A stretch of DNA of 50,011 bases from Callorhinchus milii (lineage: Eukaryota), in NCBI RefSeq assembly GCF_018977255.1, contig NW_024705384.1, positions 1 through 50,011 of the forward strand. The letters are read 5' to 3'. The number at the start of each line of letters is the position of its first letter. Within the stretch, counting starts at the first letter, position 1. The position numbers and the translations under genes were made by a program. This document shows, one piece after another, positions 12,272 through 21,362 of this stretch. The notes below the pieces were generated by a model, which had not been told where the DNA came from, did no database searches, and saw only the letters and a list, made by a program, of their open reading frames with translations.

Positions 12272-12480
12272 TGGAGCGATACAGCCCCGCCGATAACCGG
12301 TGGGCGCCGGTGCCGCCAATGGGCACTGGGCGCGAGTACCCGGGCTGCGCTGTTTACCAGGACTGCCTGTACGCGGTGGGTGGACACGACGACACCACCG
12401 AGCTGAGCTCGGCGGAGCGCTACTGCCCCCGCGAAAACACGTGGAGCCCGATCGCCGCCATGAACACGTGTCGGAACGCA
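12272..12480 (+). CDS. KLHL20: KLHL20-like exon (Kelch 4-5)
   Basis: aaacag|TG GAG CGA...AAC GCA|gtac; [70 protein letters not shown]. Confidence 0.95.
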
Positions 12481-12549
12481 GTACGTTCCATCCATCTGTG
12501 CCGCCGAACGAACGTCGCGTCCCTCCGTCCTTCTGCTTGTCTGCCCTTC

Positions 12550-12703
12550 CACGAGTACCTGGTGTGGTGTGAAAACATCACCACTAGGGAGACAAAGGTG
12601 GCCGGGCGTGGTGCTGGCCACCCACCCCCTTCGTGTGCTCTGTTGGCCTTTATAGCTGCTACCAGCATTTGCCCCAGAAGTCTATTTAGGCTATCGGGAA
12701 TCG
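12550..12703 (+). mobile_element. 5'-truncated tRNA SINE
   Basis: gagtacctggtgtggtgtg...gagacaaaggtggccgggcgtggtgctggccaccca...tail. Confidence 0.75.
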
Positions 12704-13187
12704 TTGTCTCTTGTCCATATATTCATCCATCCCTGTGTACATGTGTCTCTCCCTCTGTCTCGCTATCCATACATTTGCCTTTCCGTCCAATTGCTCGTAC
12801 GTTACAACAGAATAATGATTAATTCTTGTAGCAGATTCCAATAAATGTTTTTTTTATGCACTTGTAGTAGTAACCAGTGGCCACAGCCCTAGAAACATGA
12901 GCCTCTGTTTTCTTACAATCTTAAAAACTACAGCTTTGCACACAGTATGCTGTACAGCACAGTTAACTTCCAGGCAAGCTGCAAATTTTAAATTGAGCAG
13001 CGCATAACACCTATTTCCTTATACATTTATTATTGGTGCAAACACAACTTGGGACGTGTTCTTCACTCCGAGCTGCTGTATATCGAACATTCAGTGTCAA
13101 AGCAGCTAATGCTGCAGGTGTGTGCAACAATATTGCTGTGCTCAAAGGAGATTGTGGTGATGATGACGATGATGACGTTGGGTGCAG

Positions 13188-13294
13188 GTGGGCCTAGCCG
13201 TGGTGAATGGACAGCTCATAGCCGTCGGAGGGTTTGATGGAACCACCTACCTCAAAACCATCGAGGTGTACGACGCAGAGGCCAACACGTGGAG
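13188..13294 (+). CDS. KLHL20: KLHL20-like exon (Kelch 6)
   Basis: gtgcag|GTG GGC CTA...TGG AG|gtag; [36 protein letters not shown]. Confidence 0.95.
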
Positions 13295-13504
13295 GTAGGC
13301 TTGGCACAGGGGGCCTGCGTGGGTAGTTGGTAGTTCTGCTGGTGGTGGTGATCCTGGTGGTGTTGTTTCTGTAACGCTGGCTGTGGTGATGAGTATGGTG
13401 GTGCTAATGAGATCTGTTCTGATTCTCTTGTATGATTGTACGTGTACGTTGAGCTTCTTTCGCACCGTACGTAGCCAACCGTGCTCATTGGAGGTGCGGC
13501 AGAA

Positions 13505-13685
13505 GGACAAGCTAAACATAAAAAGCAGTTCTAAAGAGATGAGTTTTCAATCTGGGTTTAAACGTTTATAACTCCAGTGGCTTCCTAATATCGGAAGGAA
13601 GACTGTTCCAGACGGCAGCAGAAGCGCATCTGAAAGTGCGCGACGTGGTGACCACCGCCTTTGCTGGATGGCTATCGTGACGTTG
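13505..13685 (-). mobile_element. LINE (L2-like) 3' fragment
   Basis: agatgagttttcaatctgggtttaaac...ggaagactgttccaga resembles the reverse complement of L2 3' ends. Confidence 0.4.
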
Positions 13686-13687
13686 CC

Positions 13688-13800
13688 TTTGGCCAAATCA
13701 CATGGAAAGTGCCCGATTTAATCCGATCTTGGAAGCTGAGCAAGTATGAGACTGGATAGTGCTTGAATGGGTGACCACTCTGCATAGTAGGTGATCACCC
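13688..13800 (+). pseudogene. Degenerate 5S rRNA-derived sequence (5S pseudogene or SINE3 head)
   Basis: gtgcccgatttaatccgatcttggaagctgagca...ctggatagtgcttgaatgggtgacc aligns by eye to 5S rRNA boxes A, IE and C. Confidence 0.75.
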
Positions 13801-14137
13801 ATTTGCAGTGGGCAGCAAAGGGCAGTGCAGCACAATCCCTTGTTGTACTGTATTATATGCTCCCATGTCTCTTCTACCTGCCGTCAACCCACACTGACCA
13901 ACTCGGTGAAGTCTGGTAAAATGGCCCTTGTGCAGAGGCTTTCATCCAGCAGTGGATTTTACAAAAGGGCTGTACGTGAATAAGTGTGATCCTGAAGGCG
14001 TTGATGATGTTGCTAAAGGTAGCGTTGCTCGTACGGGTGTTGATTATCGCGGGTGTTGTGATGACGGTGGTGCTAATCCTGGCGAGGTTAACGACAGCCT
14101 TGATGCTCACGGTGGTGATGCTGGTGTTGCGTTTCAG

Positions 14138-14222
14138 GTTGTGTGGAGCCATGAACTACCGCCGCTTTGGATTAGGGGTTGGAGTGGTTAAAATGACGCA
14201 GTGTGAATCGCACATTTGGTAG
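14138..14222 (+). CDS. KLHL20: KLHL20-like last coding exon
   Basis: tttcag|G TTG TGT GGA...[33 protein letters not shown]. Confidence 0.95.
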
Positions 14223-14463
14223 CAGAAGACGCAGCGTGCTCCGTGTCCGCGTGCAGTCTACGTGCTCCGTTGAAACACGCACGAACACATGCGCACACAG
14301 GCACAGGCACGCTTTTCTTTAATAAGTGCACATCGATACTTTTTGAAAGGGAGTCCAGGACCTATACTGGTGAAGTACCGTTGATGACGCTTGGACACCG
14401 TTGTAAGGCACACGTGTTTATTCGTACAAGTAGTCACACTGCGGACATACAATACTAGAGGGG

Positions 14464-14900
14464 TGTATCGGCCCCCTCACCCGGATAGCTGGGAATACTC
14501 TACTAGCTACCCCTGACACTACCTCCTGGTCCTCCACTAATGGGCTAGGGGAGGCTATCTGGCCCGACACTGGTCAGTCGGGCTACGGTACCCGGAGTCC
14601 CAGAGTACTAACTCTGGTTCACGGGACCACGCCACTGGCTCGGTCCTGCGCGGCCCTGACAAGGGCGGCGTCCCAGGGGAGTCCAGGGCTCTAGCTAGTC
14701 GATCTTCTGTCTTCCCTCCTTTTACTCTAAAAACTCCACCCCGAGCTCTCCGGCTCATCCCCATTTATACCCCCCGGAGGATCACAACCCCCCGGGCAGC
14801 CCCCCAGGCCGCCCGGTGCGGACGTCGTTGCGGGCACCTCCCCGTGTACTCACGGAGCCCCGCCCACTGTGTTTGTTACCCGTGTGATCCTATGCATACA
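14464..14900 (-). mobile_element. Possible solo LTR downstream of the KLHL20-like stop codon
   Basis: GC-rich block bounded by TGTAT...ATACA with a minus-strand TATAAA at ~14764; no TSD found. Confidence 0.3.
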
Positions 14901-16019
14901 GCCCTACACATACAGCCCCTCTGTAACAGCCCTACACTGGTGGAAGAGCGTCATTTATTCTGGCAACACAGTGACGTGTGCTCGTAGCGAACAAGATTCA
15001 AAAAGCTCCACTGAGTTTTCCCTCGCCCATCCGTTGTGCTGTTTGGGACCCCCTTCTCGACCCTTTTCAAACTCCGCGGACCTCTACACACATCGGGCCC
15101 CTCTGCCTTCAAGGGGTCTTCAAACGGGGGCCCCTCTTTCAATGAGAATGTCGCCTTTACCCTTGAATCGGCGATCAGCCAGCTGGACTGCTCGGCAGCA
15201 GGACCGCTCTGCGATCAGCCAGTGACACGGGGAGGGGGAGCTTGTGCTCATCCCCGTCAAGAGCCGCAATGGCTGAGAGCTGGCCAACCAGCAGAGCCTT
15301 TGAACTCTGTATGTACATTTGTTGAACTTCTTTCGCATCATACGTAGCCAACCGTGCTCATCAGAGGTACGGGGGAATTGGCCTCTCATGCAGGAGTTAT
15401 AGATATGTAGCACTGCTTGCACGAGTTCCGTCCTTTTAATTGCCCGGAACATAAATGACATCGCTCGTATTGTAAAATAGCGAACATACACACCGGCGGA
15501 ACGTGCACAGTGTGTTTCATAACAACCGCGTGCACGTGTGTGTGTGTTTTTAGGGTTTTGTGAATGAGGTTTTAGCTGTGCCTTGACCACATAAGTTCCA
15601 TGACACCCAAACAGGTTGTGCGTTTTGTCTTTACGGCCAAATAACAAACAACGGCCGCCATTCAACACGACGTTGGAGGGCGACTGCCCCCCCCAACTGG
15701 CCTGGAGATTCCTTCACGAGTCGCCTCCAGTCATGCTTGGCACGTGCAATTTCCCACTCGCCGCGCACACTTTAACGTAACACATCTTAAAACCACGGTT
15801 GCGTTTTTATCTAACGTTTACATTTGTAAAAAAAAGTCCCTTGCATTGAAAAACTTTGTATATTGTAAAGCTGTCTTTTAATTAATAAACTGTTACGTGA
15901 AACTATGATAATAAATGGGCCCATTGTGTTAGTTCTTGCGAGGGTATGCGAGTGTGAATTAGATCTTACAAGTTGACATTTCTAGCATAGCCACAGCCTT
16001 TAACCCGCCAGATTACTAA

Positions 16020-16368
16020 TGTAATAAAGGACTCTTCCACTGTGTCTGTCTCCGTTGTCCTTTATTTGGGTTCTTACAACTTTGCCCCACACGGCCCTCG
16101 CTCAGAGCCTTCCCCTTGGCGGCTTGACAGCTGCCGTCGCTCACGTAGCCTTTTCTCCCCGCTCCCGATGCAGCTCCGCTGCTGGCTTCCCTCTTAGCCT
16201 CTCCGCCTTTGTGCAGTCTCTCAGCTGCTCTCGCTGCAGCCCCACAGCTGCTCTCCGTTCCCCCGTGCCCGGACACCGCTGGCCAACGGTGCCGAGTCCC
16301 GTCCTGTGGCGATCGCGCCACTCTCCACCCTCTGCCCTGCGTGGCCTCCTCCTGTCTTTATTCTTACA
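16020..16368 (-). repeat. 3' LTR of Gypsy 1 with adjacent PPT
   Basis: TGTAA...TTACA termini; ctctcctccc at 16369-16378 is a polypurine tract on the minus strand. Confidence 0.8.
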
Positions 16369-16825
16369 CTCTCCTCCCGTCTCTTCCGGTTACCGCCCTT
16401 AAGAGCTTACCCCTCTCCCCCACGTGACCTAACCCCTCCCCCCGTGACGTCATATCCGCGAGGCCGTTTACGCCCGCATTACACCACCCTCCCCCGTGGA
16501 GAAAATTCCAGCCGTCCTCGGCTGAACAACAACAACAACAAGTAATGCGAGCGAACACCAACCATCAGACATGCAAGGACAACGATGCATACAATAAATA
16601 TAACAATAACAACAAGAACAAGAACAGTATCAATCAACGAAAAGTAAGGGACTTCGACCGCGTATGGGTTGCCGGCCCGTCCCGGACGGGCAGCGGCCCC
16701 CCTGCAGACCGAGAACGCGACGAGGTTTTAGGAGCGACAGGATCAAGACTGCCTGTCGCTATTGGAGGCCCGCCAACGCCACGGTCCCGTTTCCCAGAAG
16801 GACCAGAGTCCGGGGTGTCCCGCAA

Positions 16826-19800
16826 TCATGTCCGCGGCGGGGTCGGAAGGGCGGCGGGGCTCGGCGTCCCCGCAGCCGTGGTAGGCCCACCCCGAGAAGA
16901 GTCCCCTGTCTCCTGCAGTGTCACGGCCGGCTTGTCTGTAAAAGGCACGACAGGTGCTCTTGCAGGGTCAACAGGCACAGGCAAGGGTGCGTCGGCAGCA
17001 ACAGACCCCGGCAAGGCAACATCAGGGGATGACGCATCCGTTCGAGGGGCCACATATGGTTTCAAGCGAGACGTGTGGACGTACCAACGCCGAGATCCGA
17101 ACCGAACGCGTGCAGACTGTGGGTTGGGAACCTTGATGAGCCGAACAGGCCCTTGCCATGGTTTATGTAATTTAGGGGAGGTCCCTGGCCGCACCTGTGG
17201 GCAATGCAGCCAGGCCAGGTCCCCCACCTTCCAGGGGCACTTCCCCTTAGAGCGTCGAGCGCACCGTTCGTTCCGGGCCTGGGCTTTGGCCATAGCCATG
17301 CGGGCCCCTTTCTGCGCCTCAGTGACGCGGCGAGCGGTGTCCTGAATGTAATCAGGAAGAGGCTTAGTAGGTCCCCTCACTCCAGTTCCCAACTGCACAT
17401 CCATCGGCGGCACGTTTTCGCGACCGTACATAAGGAAAAACGGCGAATATCCTGTAGACACATGCGGCGTCATCCGGTATGCCGAGAGTACCCCAGGGAT
17501 ATGCAAATCCCAATCTGATTGTTTTTCACTCACCGTGTGACATAGCATGGCGGACAAAGTCCGATTTAGCCGTTCGACCATACCATCCGTCTGCGGGTGG
17601 TAGGGAGATGTCCGTATCTTTTTAGTTCCCAGAGCCGCGCACACTTCCCCCAACAATTTAGAAGAAAAATTTCGGCCTTGATCTGTGAGGAGCCTCTCCG
17701 GCGCCCCCTTGTCCATAACGTACCCGAATAGAAAGGCATCTGTAATGGACGCCGCCGACTGGTCAGGCAAGGGCCAGGCCATCGGCCAGCGGGAGAGGTA
17801 CTCCACCCCAACTAGCAAGTATTTATTACCTTTAGCGGATGGCGGAAAGGGTCCCAAAATATCTAACGCCACCAGTTCATTAACTCGAGACACCTGAATA
17901 GACTGTAACGGAGGCACATATGGGTGTTTAGGCGGCTTCCGCCGGGCACAGTCGGGACACGCGCGAACGTGACCGACGACATCTGTTGTCATGCCGTGCC
18001 AAAAGTAATCTCGCTGCAACGTCAATAGGGTCTTCTACACCCCCAGATGTAAGAGCGTGTCGCAATGCAGAGTCCTAATCAATTCGTACCGCAAAGATGC
18101 CGGTACAACAAGACGCCAGCGTTCCTGTAACCCTTCCCTCCACATCAGCAGACCATCGCGGAGAGCGGTTCCCGGCGTACCCCCAGAACCCGGTCCCCCA
18201 CTCTCCTTTGCAGCCCGACTCCGTAAGGTCCCCAATGAATCGTCCAGCATTTGTTCCCGAATCCACACAGCCCTTGGAAGATTCAAAACCCCATCAGCCG
18301 GTTCCGGCCCCATTGGAGCCTCAGGCACCTCGACCGCCAACGCAACAGGCTGAGGGGGATGCTGGATCGGCGCACACTTATGCGTCCCGGATGCGCACGC
18401 GCAAGGGGATCGCTGCGGCAACCTAGAGAGCGCGTCCGCATTCGCGTGACGCACCCCCTTCCGATGATGAATTTGGAAGGAAAATTCTAACAGCGTGTCC
18501 AACCACCGCGCCAGCTGGGCGGATGGTTGGTCCACCTTCAGCGCATACTGCAAGGCCGCATGGTCCGCGCTTTTGGACTGAGACAACATGGCCCCAATGC
18601 CCGTGTCACTCGCGTCCGTATCCAGAATGAAGGGGTGATCAAAATCCGGATAATCCAACGTCGGCGCCGTAGCCAACCGATCACGCAGGCCTTGAAACGC
18701 CGCCTCTTCTGGCGGTCCCCAAGCAAATTTCCGTCCTTTACCCGTAAGAGAGGCCTCGCGATCGTCGCAAAATTTGGAACAAACCTACGATAATATGAGG
18801 CAAACCCCAAAAACCGACGCACATCCCCCACCGTGGCCGGGGTTGGCCAGTCATGGACGCACGCCGTCTTGTCCGGATCCGTGGCAACCCCGTCCGCACT
18901 AACGATATGTCCCAAATAGCGCACGGACCGTTGCAGTAGGTGACATTTCTTAGGTTTAAATTTCAAATTAGCGGAACGCATCCTGGCGAACACCGCCTCC
19001 AACCTCAGTAAATGTTCATCAAATGTGCAGCTGAAGACGATAATATCGTCTAAATATATCAGACATGTCTCCCACTGCAACCCCGTTAATACCAGTTCCA
19101 TCAACCTCTGAAATGTGGCGGGGCAGCATTCAACCCCATCGGAAGACAATTAAATTGAAATAACCCCTGAGGCGTACGGAAAGCAGTCTTTTCCCGCGAG
19201 GACTCATCGAGGGGAAGCTGCCAGAATCCCGAAGAGAGATCCAGCGTCGAAAAGAACTTCGCCCCCGACAAGGCATCGAGGGAATCGTCCATACGCGGCA
19301 GGGGGTAAGCATCTGCCACGAACACTTTATTCAATTTCCGAAAATCAACACAAAATCGCAATTTCCCGTCTTTCTTTTAAACCAAGACAACAGGCGCGCC
19401 CCATGGGCTGTTAGATGGAGATATTATGTCTGCAGCCAACATGTCATCCACTGCCCCTCGAACATGATCTCGCTCCGCCGGACTCATCCGATGCGAGTTC
19501 AACCGAATAGGGGCAGCGTCCCCTGTGTCAATATGATGGGAAAGCAGGGAGGTGCGTCCCAAGTCCAGATCGTCGGAGCTAAACAAGTCAGAATAACTCA
19601 ACAATAACTTACGAAGCGCGCAACGTTGATCCCCGGAAAGGGAAGGATTTTCCCCACACAATTCGGCGATCCAGCGATTATCTGCGGCCCCAGGGCCAGA
19701 AACACCGGCAACCATGACCTGGCTGCCCAGATAATCCTGGGCCGTAAACGCCATAGTGGCATGTGCCACAACCATACCAGCTGGCACACACACGTTTTCT

Positions 19801-20264
19801 GTACTCCCATTAAGCACCTGCAAAAATGGCTGCTGGTCCGGCCGGACAATAGTTTGAGCCCCGACGAGCGCTGATCCGCCCGTTATGGTGGCGGACGGTG
19901 ACAACAAAACCCCAAGTGCTCCTTCACGACCAGGCACAGGTTTCCGATATCGCAAAGGGATAAGCATCTGTGAGCCAGGTGGAATGTCAACAGATACCTC
20001 GGACAGCGCCTGCACCTGGCCGACCGGAGCAGGTCGCCCCCAGGGCGACGGCAGAAATGTATTTTTACGACCCCCCGGTAATTCGATACAGTTTTCATTA
20101 ATTCTAATTAGAATGGGCATTTTGGCCAGAAAATCAGTACCCAACAAACAAGGAACTGCAAGGGACCTCGAAATTAACACAATTCCCGAGGCCGACACTC
20201 CCCCGATAGATATATTGGCGTCCACCTGGCCCACAATGCCCAGACTACCCCCCGTTCGCCGCAA
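16826..20264 (-). pseudogene. pol: Gypsy 1 pol (PR-RT-RH-IN), disrupted
   Basis: ORF fragments 19377-20264, 19101-19361, 18538-19149, 18035-18676 and 16826-18025. Confidence 0.9.
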
Positions 20265-20360
20265 CGCAGGAATCGTAAACCGGACGCACGGCCTCCGGTG
20301 GGATGCCCAACAGATGGAAAATTACATCCGATATAATGGTCGCGGACGCCCCGGAGTCCA

Positions 20361-21332
20361 CTAAAATGCGCATGTCAACCCCTGTATAGAACCAGGTACA
20401 GTGGACGAACCAGTAGCGGCCGCGACGACCCGCCGTGCCAATTTACGCCACTGCGTTACCGAGCGACATGGCCCAGTCGATGGCCTCCCGTTATTAACAA
20501 CACCCGGATTGCGCGACAATGGTGATGAATGAGGTGTCAAGCCTTGCCGGGTGTCTGGTGCGCACCGACTTGCCTGTCCTGGAGGATCCTTCCGCGGCGC
20601 GTCCGCTGTCGAGGCCTCCTGCTGGGGCGGACCTGGGATACGGGCCCAGCAGTCCCTGGCGTAATGGCCCTTACGACCGCAGCGGAAGCAGTCGATGTCG
20701 TTGCGCCGCGCCGCAGGCCCCCCGTCCCGACGCTCCCGTGTCGGCGGCGCAGATCGCGGCCCCGGTCTACTGCGGGCCGACCACTGAGCAGAGGCGGCTG
20801 TCAGCTCCTGTGGCCCCCCCATCAGGAACGTACACCGCCTTCTTGGGATCCCAACCCACGGCACCTCCCTCGATGATGGGCCCCCCGTCACGCCGTGACT
20901 TGCTTCCAGCGGCGTAAATTGAACTGGGCATCCAGACATTTAGCGGCCGCCCGGGATGTCAGCTTTTCGTGGCCACACACCGGCATATGGATCCCCAAAT
21001 CCCGGGACAGCTCGAGCATTTTACCCAAAATGAGGGGTTCGAGTAGGTCAGGCTCCGTCTCCGGGTATGCGGCCATGGCTAACTCCAAGACAGCACCCCT
21101 GTATGCCACCGGCGACTCCTCGGGTGCTCGCTGGCGTTGAACAAACCGGCGATGAGCATCATCCGGTGGCTCGTATGCATCTGCCATCTCGTCGAAAACT
21201 CCTCTCAACGTTTTCTTCTTCTCGGCCTTTATAGAACGGAAGAATCGCACCGACTCGTCGTCGAGAAGAGTTGGTAGAACCTCCAATGCCTCAGCGTCAG
21301 TCCACCTGGCGGAGCGCACCGCCGCCAAAAAT
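20361..21332 (-). pseudogene. gag: Gypsy 1 gag, frameshifted and 5'-incomplete
   Basis: ORFs 20888-21328 (capsid-like) and 20361-20939 (zinc knuckle). Confidence 0.85.
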
Positions 21333-21362
21333 NNNNNNNNNNNNNNNNNNNNNNNNNNNNNN
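21333..21362. other. Assembly gap (30 N)
   Basis: Run of N. Confidence 1.

Larger units (their letters stand above)
2128..14222 (+). pseudogene. KLHL20: KLHL20-like BTB-BACK-Kelch gene, 3' nine coding exons (5' exons outside the window); frameshift in exon 8368-8549, so either a pseudogene or an assembly indel
   Basis: The spliced translation follows vertebrate KLHL20 from [20 protein letters not shown] to the C-terminal [10 protein letters not shown]. All introns are GT-AG with consistent phases apart from the 2-nt deficit near 8517. Confidence 0.9.
16020..21332 (-). mobile_element. Gypsy/Ty3 LTR retrotransposon 1 (decayed; 5' end lost in the N gap)
   Basis: gag with CCHC knuckle (CFRCGRKGHYARDC), protease, RT (YLDD), RNase H and integrase (HHCC, DDE, TSPYHPQTDG) in Gypsy order; in-frame stops at ~19377 and ~18035 and several frameshifts. 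Confidence 0.95.

Noticed and set aside
12052..12822. 256-aa single-exon Kelch ORF
   Set aside because: Only 12272-12480 is exon; the rest is intron and SINE read-through.
16545..20917. Plus-strand ORFs over Gypsy 1 (likewise 35566-39897 over Gypsy 2)
   Set aside because: Antisense shadows of GC-rich gag/pol.
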